The notes below the pieces were generated by a model, which searched no databases, was not told the DNA's origin, and worked only from the letters and a program-made list of their open reading frames with translations. A DNA stretch of 64,000 bases from Naegleria gruberi (lineage: Eukaryota): assembly GCA_000004985.1 (NCBI GenBank), contig GG738904.1, one strand, 5' to 3'. Shown piece after piece: positions 45,363-56,820 of this stretch. A program made the position numbers and the translations under genes. Each line of letters opens with the position of its first letter. Position 1 is the stretch's first letter.

Positions 45363-46457
45363 ATGAGAAAAGAAGACCTTGTGAGTGTCATTACATTGAT
45401 TATTACTGCAGCACTTTTAAATTTCTATCCAATTCTCTTCAATAACCAACAAACACTTGAAGAAATTGAACAACATCATAAAATTAATATGGAAACTCCT
45501 CTTAATACAGAAAGTAGAATAAACTCCATCCTATTGAAAGGAGCTTCAGGATATTCATGTATCCTTCCACCATCAGAAACCAATAAGAAATACTTTAATT
45601 TAGGTGAGACAATTTACACTGGTAGTTCAGATATGTTACAATTTATTTGTGAATATTTAAAGAGACGAAACTTGGTGAATGAAATTATTCCAAATTCAAG
45701 AAAATTGATGAAGAGATTAATATACGAAGCTCACTTGTTGGAAATGTTCGATTTGAGGGATAAAGTGATTAGAAAATATGTGAGCCCCTTTGTCGCAATT
45801 GATATGGTTGGATATCCTCAAAAAAAGAAAGAATTTATTATTCGAAACATACTTATTCGAAAGGCAATCACCAATTTTTATAATACTAAGGGACCCTCCT
45901 TCACAAACACTCTTCCTACAAAGATTAGAGCTGCCCTATTTGATATTAGGAAGGAATTGAGCAATACTGCTTTTTTCATATTCATCAATATTAGTAATGA
46001 ACGAACTTTGAGAGGAATTTCAAAAGAAATTGTTGACTTGTTACCAAAATACTTATTTGAAATTGCAAATAGCTGTGAATTGGAAAATATTATGAAAGAG
46101 CAATTTACAGAGCTACTTTTTTATTTGTTACAAAATATTGGAAATCGAGAATTGGTCCAAAGTGGAATGGCATTAACATCTCTACCAAAAATAGCTTTAT
46201 TTATTCAACATAGACGAAATCTGTTTAATAATTATGAAAATTGTTTTACCAATTTTAGTGTTAGACCCATGATTGGATGTATTGGATTTATAAAGAATAT
46301 GTCAGGATCGTTATCTGCTTCGATTATTAGACAACTATATTCAGATAGTGAGTTGGCAGCATTCACTGAATTGCAGTATGATAATTTAGGTGAACTGAAG
46401 GATCATTTTGATAAAATACTTTTGAGAACTCTCCATCATATCCTCAATTCATTTTAG
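45363..46457 (+). CDS. Hypothetical protein (364 aa) with an N-terminal signal-anchor/TM (LVSVITLIITAALLNFYPILF)
   Basis: A single ORF starting at an ATG in a good A-rich context (aaaaaaaATG). No recognisable domain. Confidence 0.5.
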   Translation: MRKEDLVSVITLIITAALLNFYPILFNNQQTLEEIEQHHKINMETPLNTESRINSILLKGASGYSCILPPSETNKKYFNLGETIYTGSSDMLQFICEYLKRRNLVNEIIPNSRKLMKRLIYEAHLLEMFDLRDKVIRKYVSPFVAIDMVGYPQKKKEFIIRNILIRKAITNFYNTKGPSFTNTLPTKIRAALFDIRKELSNTAFFIFINISNERTLRGISKEIVDLLPKYLFEIANSCELENIMKEQFTELLFYLLQNIGNRELVQSGMALTSLPKIALFIQHRRNLFNNYENCFTNFSVRPMIGCIGFIKNMSGSLSASIIRQLYSDSELAAFTELQYDNLGELKDHFDKILLRTLHHILNSF

Positions 46458-46769
46458 TACTCTACTTCCACCATTAAACAATTTTCTAATAAATAAAAAA
46501 TTGAAGAAGCATCTAAAGATATCACTTGATTCACCTTAGTGTTCATTCGGTTGATTCAATCACTAAGGTGAATTAGCTAAAGAGTTTGAATACATTGAGG
46601 TTGAACCATGTAGATTGTTCAAAACATAACACACTTTGTAATGTTTATTTTTTTGCAGTTTGGACTCTGAAGTGCAAACTCATCATTTTGAAAATGTGTT
46701 GTACTTTCTGAATTACTACTTATTGAACTGTATTATGTGCTCACCATGACACGTTCATCATCTTGTCGC

Positions 46770-48476
46770 TCATCTCTTTTTTTCTCTAAGAGTTTGATAA
46801 AATCTTGCCTTCTCGAAATCATATTCCTCAATTCCTGCAACAGGTTGATCATAACCTTCATGGTAGAAGGGGCATTTCGTACCATTTTTACATTGACCTT
46901 TAACAAAATAAAGACATTTAATTGGTTTGAATAATCTAGGTTCACCTTGATGTTGGGCAGGAGGTTGTTTGCTGTTACTATACTGATTTGTAGGTGGTTT
47001 GTTTTTTTGAGCTCCAGAAGAATTATTTTGATAGGAATGTTGGGAATGATAATTCATATTATGTTGTTGAGGAGGCATGTGACCACTCGATCTATTTTGA
47101 TAGTAAGATCCTTGATTCGCTGGGGGTTGAGATCTTTGATAAGGTGAAGGTTGATGTTGATAAGGAGATTGGTGATGAGAATGTGGGTAAGAATTGTTTG
47201 AATAATTATTTGCTGGAGGTAAAGGTTGTTGTTGATAAGGACTATGATTTGAAAGTGGAGGATTAGTAATTGGAGTTGGTGTGGTTGTTGGAAATCTATT
47301 GCTTGTAGTATTCAAAGAAGTAGGACTATTAGATATTATTCCAATGGTATTAAGTAAATTGTTGACAGAACTCTCAGTTGGTGAAGGAACTGGAGATGAA
47401 GGTGATTCTGTCACAATAATGGAAGGAGATGATCTAACCATTTCCTCAATAATTTTAGCTTCATTGCTGACAACTTCAACTGGTGGCATCTTGTCATTTG
47501 GTTGTAAAATTCTTAATGGAGTAACATAATTCACTGTATTTCTCATATTGGAAAGAATCATAATCTTCACTTGTTTTTGTTGATTCATTAAAACTCTCTC
47601 ATTTGATTTTTCCTCATTCATTAATTCTTGAACAGATCTATGATTAACTTCTTCCACATAGGCTTGTCTTGGTTCAATAAGTCTAACTTTTTCCAATTCT
47701 GTTGACCAACTAACTCTCTTTTTTTTCTTTGATGATTCTTCAGATTTAACTATTTCAAAATATTAAAGATGAATTATAATAGAATGCATACCTTTCTTTG
47801 TAACACTTTCCACTGAATCACTTCGATTCAAATTTGAAGTTTGTGTTTCTTCTTGAGGTGAAGTTTGATCATCAGCTCTTTTTCTTTTTTCTCCACCTGT
47901 TGTAGTTGGTGTGGCTGGTTTTTTCTTTGGTATAGTTGGAGAGGAGGTTTCAGTTGGTGTGGTAGGAGTTGTTGGACCCTCCTTCACGAATTTTTGTTTC
48001 CAGTCTTGAATCAACTCATCAACACTTGTCTTTATTGTTTTGGAAAAGTTAGTTGACTTTGAAATAGAAGAAAGTATTTTACCAATTTTTGCCTTTTTGA
48101 TAATAGCCACATCTAATCCTCCACATTCATTCAACTTGTTGACAATGGAAATTAATTCCTTCAACATACTAATAAGATATTAGGAAAATAATCCAATAAA
48201 TAATACATACGTTTCATCTACGTGATCAGAACAATTAGTAATCCACTCGGACAGAATTGATAATCCATCCATAGTAAGAAAGTCTCTTAATATATTCTTC
48301 TTGACCGTAGAGTTTAGAACTTTGGTACATTCCATCCTCATTAACCTGATAGAGTCGGCTTGGGAAGATGTATATTTTAGCTGTTTGCATATTTCAACAA
48401 ACGCAGGCAAATTTTCCTTCTTTGTTATTTTGTAGTTGTTGGTCAGGCTTTTAATTCTTTCCGTTACATCGATCAT
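46770..48476 (-). CDS. PNUTS/PPP1R10-like PP1 regulatory subunit: TFIIS N-terminal domain + RVxF PP1-docking motif + C-terminal CCCH zinc finger; exons 48476-48211, 48168-47792, 47749-46770
   Basis: The TFIIS-N-like helices are DGLSILSEWITNCSDHVDET|MLKELISIVNKLNECGGLDVAIIKKAKIGKILSSISKST.FSKTIKTSVDELIQDWKQKF. Exon 3 begins ...SSKKKKRVSWSTELE, where KRVSW is a canonical [KR][KR]VxF/W motif. The C-terminus is KCLYFVKGQCKNGTKCPFYHEG (C-x7-C-x5-C-x3-H). The donors are GTATGT (complement of 48205-48210) and GTATGC (complement of 47786-47791). The introns are 42 nt each. The phases match the ORF-track frames of all three pieces. Confidence 0.7.
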
Positions 48477-49400
48477 TGTTGTATTTACTCCAAATAAATA
48501 ATATTCAAAATTGATGATGAGGTAAAACCTCTGATGTTATTTAGTAAACAATAAATATTACTACGGAGAAATAATATAAATTGTCTACAATATAGAAGGA
48601 ATTATTCTAAAATTTTGTTGAACACAGGTTGATACTTTCTAGCTTTTGCCAAAACCTCGCCGTTTTGTGGTGATGCAAGTAATTGCAATTTAATATTTTT
48701 TTTTTCAATTCAAATTTTTTTTCTCTCACCAAAACTTTCTAGACAAAACTCGACGTTGAAGGCTTTTTGTTGTTTTTGCTTCAGTCTTGAGACTTTACAA
48801 TGTCAAAGGTGTAGAAAGCATTGAGAGGTTGATAATAAATGATATTGAAAAATACAATGAGAAAACATACATCTCTTTGAATTTTTTTCAAATATAGTGA
48901 ATAATTGAAAATAATAGAATCAAAAAAAGTAAATTTCTAAACACAGTCAACATTGAACAAGTGAGGGTGATGAATTGTTTCGAACAATTCAAGGGGAGAG
49001 TCCTACATGAACATTCGAATATTAAGGTTTGTTGGTAATTCATCTCAAAAAAACATTGTACGGTATCATAAAAGTAAAGAATAATTTCCAATTTGATATT
49101 AAATCCTTATTAAAAAAAGCAGAATTTATAGGCAACGCCATAATTTCCTCAAGGTCCAGAGCAATTTGAAGTTTACAAACATGTTGAGGTCGCATTTATC
49201 ACCAAATTTATTGTCCAACAGATTCATATAACTGCAATGATCCAAGCCTTATTTAGTGGATTATAACATTTGCCGCTGTTTTTCTCTGCGTCCCTTCACA
49301 AGCCTTCATGCTGCTTTACTATATCGCCACCATCATCAAAGCATTGCGTTTGTTGTTGATGTTTGTCTACAGCTTCTTAATAAATACATAATTAAAAAAA

Positions 49401-50363
49401 ATGTATAAACAGCCTAAAGTGAATATTTATTCCTTAAAATTGGAAGAGCTTACAGAGGTGTTTTCTTTCTGTTCCCTATTTGATTTTTATTCAATATCAT
49501 TGACTTGTAGAGATTGGTGTGAGGTTGTTAGTGCATCAATGTCTGATAATAAATTTGCAAAGAGATATTATGGTTTAACGAGAGACAATATGATTCCTCT
49601 CCTCGGACCAGAAGTAATTTATCAAGAAGATGATAAAGCTTGTCGTCAAGAAAAGATTTCCAAGTTTTTATTCAATTGGGTTGATATTGTGGAAGAAAAG
49701 TATGAAAATGAACTTTGGATGAAAGGGTTTAAAGAATTAAGGAAGGATTTTCAAATTTCTACTGAAGAGCAAGTTGATATGGAAATAGTATATAGAAGAG
49801 TTGTTAGATTAACAGGAGAGCACAAGTATAGAAATTGGACAGCTTTCAGTTTAATTTTAAATGGTGTTAGAATTCCATTGTTTGCAACTCTTGGAAAAGT
49901 ACATGGTGAGATTAGATATTTATTTGTTATGGCTTTCTTTGATGAAGATGATAACATTACTTATGATATTGAAAATGCAGTTAGAACTGAAGAGGCTTCT
50001 TTTTATCATGAATTTAGTGGAGTTGATGCATCAAAATATGCTAGAAACTTTAAATGGATTCTAAACAGTTTTCCAAATTATATTTCTCAGAAAAGATTTG
50101 GTTTTGAATTATTCCTATCAGTGTTAGAGGGTTATTTGAGACAAATGGATATTAATCCATTGTCGAAACGTCATTATCAAGGAAAACCACATACATCTCA
50201 CAAAACTGACTTTTATATTATTAAGAAAATGGATACTTTTGTTTCCTTTTGGCCTTTACAAGAAGATCAATACGATGTAATATCAATGCATGGAAGAGTT
50301 GTGGCTTCAATTTATCACATTAAGAAATTCTATGATAAAGGAAAGACTTTTGGATATACTTAA
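49401..50363 (+). CDS. F-box protein (320 aa)
   Basis: The N-terminal F-box motif is LEELTEVFSFCSLFDFYSISLTCRDWCEVV. The remainder has no recognisable repeats. Confidence 0.55.
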   Translation: MYKQPKVNIYSLKLEELTEVFSFCSLFDFYSISLTCRDWCEVVSASMSDNKFAKRYYGLTRDNMIPLLGPEVIYQEDDKACRQEKISKFLFNWVDIVEEKYENELWMKGFKELRKDFQISTEEQVDMEIVYRRVVRLTGEHKYRNWTAFSLILNGVRIPLFATLGKVHGEIRYLFVMAFFDEDDNITYDIENAVRTEEASFYHEFSGVDASKYARNFKWILNSFPNYISQKRFGFELFLSVLEGYLRQMDINPLSKRHYQGKPHTSHKTDFYIIKKMDTFVSFWPLQEDQYDVISMHGRVVASIYHIKKFYDKGKTFGYT

Positions 50364-50462
50364 TAAAGTATTACCATCATGAAAGAATGGAACATGTTTA
50401 AAATCAAATTAACTACAAAATTCTCTTGTATAAAGACATGGAATCTTTAACTTAATAAAATT

Positions 50463-50535
50463 TGCCGACACCAGGGATCGAACCAGGGACCTTAAGATCT
50501 TCAGTCTTACGCTCTCCCAACTGAGCTATGTCGGC
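50463..50535 (-). tRNA. tRNA-Phe (anticodon GAA), 73 nt, no intron, CCA not encoded
   Basis: The reverse complement reads GCCGACATAGCTCAGTTGGGAGAGCGTAAGACTGAAGATCTTAAGGTCCCTGGTTCGATCCCTGGTGTCGGCA. It has a canonical cloverleaf with A/B boxes (TAGCTCAGTTGG, GGTTCGATCC), and the GAA anticodon sits in CTGAAGA. It is near-identical to the animal tRNA-Phe-GAA. Confidence 0.92.
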
Positions 50536-51055
50536 TTCTGTTGTAAAGAAATCCTTAATAAATTGGGTAATGTAAGGGTATTGGTAATTGAGAGAAACCA
50601 TTCACAATTAGAAAGAATTACTTTTGTAATTGCCAATTGTCAAACCACAAATAGTAACAAATGAAGAAAAGATGTTTCTCTCATGTCAATACTAACAAGA
50701 TTCCTTCCAAATTTTAACTTGTAGAGTCAACAACATTTTTAAAGCTTGTTCTAATGAACTAATTTTCATTGATTCTCAACAGGATACATTGTTAGTAATG
50801 CACTCTTATCTGTTTGTATTGTAAATAGTCGGATGCCAACAAAGCAAATCCTTTCCAACGTTCTTCTAATCTAATTTTAAAAACCCGAGTTGTTTTCTAT
50901 TTTTATGCTACTGTGGTTGATGTCTTTTGTCTAAATTTTTTCAATTCTTCATAACGGACAAAGCTACATGGAAGTAGCGATAAAGCCTTTAAATTTTAAA
51001 AAAAAATTATTGTAAAAAATATCTAAACATCTCCCGTTCTCTTTCTTTTAAAACA

Positions 51056-51808
<753 letters not shown>

Positions 51809-51872
51809 ATTTTTCTGTACATTTATATTAAATACTTTAAAATCGTTTATGAAAAACACATAAACATTAATT

Positions 51873-53794
51873 TCACTTTTTATTGAAATTATTTTCTATA
51901 TATGGATCTGCAAATCTTAGTGAGTCTTTTAAATATTTAGACAATAGAGAATCAATAAATTCTTTCAATTGTTCTTTTTTAAGGAATGGACTGTTAGTAT
52001 TAAGATGTTTGAGAATTTCAGCATTACTAAAATCGGTCAATAGTGGAGATACAGTTGGTAGTTGTGTTATTTCAGTTCCATCGAGTTGAGATTGTTTATC
52101 AGTTACAGTGGTGAATTCATTATTTTCAATTACATAATAAATAAATAATTCTTCAAGAGTATGATTTGATTGTAGATAATTTAAACATTCTTTACAATTC
52201 TTTACTAGTAACTTGCTTAATTTCTTAAACATGTTCAAAAGTATTTCATCTAAATTCAGATAATTATGTTTACAATCAATAATTAATTTCATTAAATAAA
52301 ATGATAAATTATATTGGCATTGCATCTTGTTAATTCTTGATCGTTTTTTAAATAATATTTGTATAAATTTAATTGTATTATTTTCAAATAAATTTAAATA
52401 GTGTTTAATTTTGGTTTCAACATGTTGTTGAATTGATAAAATATACTTGTTAATATCTTTTAATTTATCATTATTATAATTAATTGTTTGTTGTTTATAT
52501 TTTACAAGAGTTTTTTCAAGTAAATCTTTTTGTAAATTATTTTCCTTCACTTGTTCTTTTATAATATTAATATTATTATTATTGGAACTTTTTTGTTTTT
52601 CTAATTTAATATTCATATTATAAATTAAATTTTGAATTTTTAAAATATTTTCATTTCTACTTGTTAATAAATAATTTCTTTGATTATAAAGAGTATTTCT
52701 ATTTTTAGATAAAATAATATCATTTTCTGTTTTTATCATTTTTCTTTGAAATTTGGCAACTAGTAATTTTAAATATTCATTTTTAATAAAATAATTACTA
52801 ATAAAATATTCCCAAAATGATTCATTACTATATATATTATAAAATGATTCATTAATTTCAAAATTTTCATTTGGATTTTGAATATAAAAGGAACTAAGTG
52901 CTTTTTGTAAAATTAATAAATTTCTTTCATCTCTTAAAATGTAACTTGTTAAATATTTTATAAATTCATTTCTATATTTGGATGGAATGTTAGAAAAATT
53001 AAAATTTGGATTAAATTCTTCTAAATTTGTTTCATTATTTAATAAATTATTTGATAAGTTAGATGTATTATTATTATTATTATTATTATTATTTGATGGA
53101 TTGGAAGATGTTGAATTATTTAATTTTTGTGGAATTTTTCTTTCCAAATTAATTTTATCAGTTCTAATATATTTTTAATAAAATCAAGTAAAAATAATAA
53201 AAATTACCTTTCTTGTATTAATCTTCTAATTCTATTTATATAAATTTTAAATTTTTCAATTTCATTATTTAAAATTTTCATTAAAATTGAATTTTGTTTA
53301 ATATCATTTCTAATATTTCCATAATTAATTTTATCATTTATATTCCAATTTAATTGTTGATTTTGAATTGATTGAAGATTTCTATAAATTTTTTGTGCAT
53401 TTGATAAATTTAATTTTAAATTTTTAATTTGTTTTTTTAAATTTAATTGTTTTCTATTTGAAATTTCTAAAATTTCCATTAATTCATCAATTCCACCATT
53501 ATTTAAATATTCTTTAAATGTAATATTTAATAAATTATTATTATTATTAACATTTTCAATTGTTGTTTGATTATTTTCATTAAAATTTAAATTAAATTTA
53601 TAATCATCAGAAATTTTTAATAAATTTTCATCTCGTTGACTTTTTAATTGTTCTAATAGTAAATTTTCTCTTCCATCAAATTCTCTATTTAAAATTATTT
53701 CCGATAGGATCGTATTATCATCTATTAGATTATTTATTTGTGCTATGGATGGTGATGATTGATGACTTGGTGATGATAGAGGTGATGACATCAT
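51873..53794 (-). CDS. Asn/Lys-rich coiled-coil protein (about 620 aa), two exons: 53794-53208 and 53163-51873; function unknown
   Basis: The donor is GTAATT (complement of 53202-53207) and the acceptor is at the complement of 53164-53165, with a 44-nt intron. The phase joins ...RLIQE-R-TDKINLERKIPQKL to ORF-track 51873-53147. The composition is dominated by N, K, I, L and Q heptad-like runs. Confidence 0.5.
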
Positions 53795-53915
53795 TCTCTT
53801 GTGTTGTCATTTTTTTTAAAGTAAATTTGATAAAAATATTTACTTGAAATTGTTCCCGCCAAAATCAACTACAATTTTTGCGCCAAAGGCTAAATTAAAA
53901 ATCCTCATAAAAAAA

Positions 53916-54963
53916 ATGTCTTCAATTCCACCTTCAATTTCTGCTACACCTGCTCTCGATGATTCAAAGAATTCAAACTTTCCAAAGGTCAACTTTTCAG
54001 AGAAACAATTGAGAGAATACAGGGAAGCTTTTGATATGTTCGTCAAGATGGATATTGATAAGAATAATAATAGTTTCGTTGGTGGATTGAATACATCATT
54101 CACTAGAAGTGCTTCTTTTGTTAGTAATACATCATTTACTGCTAAGAATATAAAACCAAGTTCTTCTCCTAAACCACCTTCACCAAGACGATCAGAATCA
54201 AGATCTTCAAAATCATCAACAAGATATGTAGAATCGGAAGATGAAGACTCTGAATATGAAGGAATTAATTCGGAAGACTCATCAGATGGAGAAGAAGATG
54301 AACCAAGTATTAACTTGGATAAATTGGGTGGTATTATGAGAAGTTTGTTTCAGAACCCAACTGAAACTGAATTAAAAGATATGATTAAGGAAGTTGATGC
54401 TGATGGTAATGGTGAAATTGAATTTGATGTAAGTTTGACATCAATTGATTGCTAATTTCATTGATCTTTTATAAACTGAATAGGAATTTTTATTATTGAT
54501 GGCTAGTAAATCTCAAGAATTGGATTCTTATGAAGAAATGAAAGAAGCTTTCCATTTATTTGATAAAGATAACGATGGTTTAATAACAGTTGGTGAATTA
54601 CAAAAATTATTTGTACATATTGGATGTGATTTAACATTGGATGAATGTGATTTAATGATTAAGGAAGTTGATGAAACAGGTAGAGGAATTGGAATTGAAT
54701 TTGAAGATTTTGTTAAATTAATGAAATTGAGTAAGGAAGAATTAGCAGAAGGATTTAATTATATTCATGAATATGATTTCGTTAGGGCAACATTAGAAGA
54801 TTTGAAAAAAGAATTTCATTTGGCAAATAGTGAAGAACAGAAAGAACTTCAACAAAAGATTCAAGACTGTCAACATGAACTCTTCTTGAAGAAACAATTA
54901 AGAGATAAGCAAGTTTACAAGGGAAAACATACAAGAAAAATGTTAGCAAGTTGTTTATTTTAA
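53916..54963 (+). CDS. Calmodulin/centrin-like 4-EF-hand protein with an N-terminal extension and a roughly 70-aa Ser/Glu-rich insertion inside EF-hand 1; exons 53916-54428, 54484-54963
   Basis: ...[19 protein letters not shown][insertion]...[38 protein letters not shown]|[76 protein letters not shown] aligns with calmodulin ([62 protein letters not shown]...[23 protein letters not shown]...). The donor is GTAAGT at 54429 and the acceptor AG at 54482-54483. The real ATG is at 53916. Confidence 0.7.
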
Positions 54964-56525
54964 AGGAATGCACTTTTTTGAGATTTACGATTTCTCCATG
55001 CATTCTTACATTGTTGATATGAAATTTTACATTCATCAGCAAAACGTTGATCATCCATTGCAACATAATTTCTTGGTTCAGAGAAGGTTTTGTTTTCTTC
55101 ATCTTCTTCCCAGAATGCTTTGTAACCTCCCTCAAGGACATAGATATCTGGGAATGATAAAATTGGATATTCATGTAAATGAAGTTTACGATCATGTTCT
55201 CTCATATATCTGTACATTTTAGGTGCTCTAGCTTGAGAATATTCACAATGGAATACAATAATTTGATTTGATAAATTCATTCCTTCTGAAAAGAATTGCT
55301 CGAGTAAAACATCAGGTGTCCAAATATTCAATGCACCTCTAATATGACCACCTTGGTATTCATGTGGAAATCTACAATCAATAATTCTAATTTGATTTTT
55401 CAAATTATCATCTCTCAATGCTTGTAAAAGAGTTTTTGAAGTAATAGAGTTGCAACCACTAATCTTTGGATGTACAATAGTTTCTAACCTAAGTTGAATA
55501 TTAGTATTAATTGATGATGGACTAGCATCTTCATCACCACTATTAGAACAAGTGGCATCATTTAAATCTCTTGCTAAACGTCTAGATGGTTCTGAGAAAT
55601 CTCTATAAGATTCTTCATCCTTTCTAGTTGCTTCCATTCCAAAAACATCATCCAATGATGTTAATAAGAGTGGTGATATAAGTGGTGTATCAATATCGTC
55701 ATTGTTATCTTCATCTTGTTTCAAAGGTGAAACTTTAGGAAGTTGAATATTGGTAGGTCTATTCTTTTTCATTGAACTTTTTGGTGAAGTAATTGAGAAT
55801 TGAGAAATGAATGGAGAGAGTAGAGTATGTTGTCTTGGATCATCCATAAATGATGAATCCAAATTGGAAGGACCTGATGCTAATGATGATGAACATAAGG
55901 TAAAATCTAAATTTCTTCTAATAGAATCAGAACCACTTGATAATCTACCTGTACTTGGTGGTGTTAAACTAATTCTTCTACTCGATGCTCTACTCAATGT
56001 TGAGGAAGGTGGTGTCAAAATAAAACCATGATCACTTTGATTATCTTCACTAAATTGTTGTTGTTTTGGAGTTGAAGAATGACCACAATCATCATCCAAT
56101 GAAAATTGATGATCATCACTAAAATCTAAAACTCTAGTTGGTGTTACATTAGTCTTTATAATAGATTTAAATCTATCACCTGCATTACTTGGTGGAGAAC
56201 ATAGCAGAATTGAATGACATGTTTTAGTCTTCTTTTCTAATGGTGAAAATGATGTACAATTCTCTTTATCATATTCCGAATATTCAGAGTATTGATGTTG
56301 GTCTTGTTGGAATTGTACTGAATTTCTTTTATACTTGTGTTGTTGTCTATTATGTAGGCTAGTTGTTGTTGTAGAAGTAGTATTATATTTAATAGTTTTA
56401 CAATTGGTTGTAGTATTACAAGTTAGAATTTCTTCATCATTACCATTATCATCATTATCACCTCCAAATAGTATTCTTGGCTTGATTTTTGAAGTAACAT
56501 TGGCTTCGGCTCTTCCTCTTTTCAT
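54960..56525 (-). CDS. Cdc25-type dual-specificity phosphatase (M-phase inducer), 521 aa
   Basis: The C-terminal rhodanese/Cdc25 catalytic domain is IIDCRFPHEYQGGHIRGALNIW...IIVFHCEYSQARAPKMYRYMREHDRKL...YPILSFPDIYVLEGGYKAFW, with the CX5R active site CEYSQAR. The N-terminal regulatory region is long and S/T-rich. Confidence 0.85.
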   Translation of the reverse strand: MKRGRAEANVTSKIKPRILFGGDNDDNGNDEEILTCNTTTNCKTIKYNTTSTTTTSLHNRQQHKYKRNSVQFQQDQHQYSEYSEYDKENCTSFSPLEKKTKTCHSILLCSPPSNAGDRFKSIIKTNVTPTRVLDFSDDHQFSLDDDCGHSSTPKQQQFSEDNQSDHGFILTPPSSTLSRASSRRISLTPPSTGRLSSGSDSIRRNLDFTLCSSSLASGPSNLDSSFMDDPRQHTLLSPFISQFSITSPKSSMKKNRPTNIQLPKVSPLKQDEDNNDDIDTPLISPLLLTSLDDVFGMEATRKDEESYRDFSEPSRRLARDLNDATCSNSGDEDASPSSINTNIQLRLETIVHPKISGCNSITSKTLLQALRDDNLKNQIRIIDCRFPHEYQGGHIRGALNIWTPDVLLEQFFSEGMNLSNQIIVFHCEYSQARAPKMYRYMREHDRKLHLHEYPILSFPDIYVLEGGYKAFWEEDEENKTFSEPRNYVAMDDQRFADECKISYQQCKNAWRNRKSQKSAFL

Positions 56526-56820
56526 CTCAGGTCGTTATAGAGAAGATTTAATGTTGTTGGTTTGTTTTTTTTACGTGATGTGATGATAGAAATGCTGCTT
56601 TGAGTATTGAACCAAGCCTTTGTGAAAATATTATTTTTTAACCGCCAAATTTGATTTTTAAAAAACTAACCGTTAGACGTTTCAACTCTGAACAGGCAGT
56701 TACGTGCATCTCTCAATTTCCAGAGATTAATGGACAAACGTGCATGTTCTCGCACCATACAACGACTATTAAGAGATGAGAAGAGAGAACCCATTAAAGA
56801 ATACAATTATTATCGCATAT

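Noticed and set aside
50400-50462. Possible external B-box (ACATGTTCCATTCTTTC) downstream of tRNA-Phe, as seen near Dictyostelium tRNA genes
   Set aside because: Only about 6 of 11 positions match the B-box consensus, which is too weak to call.
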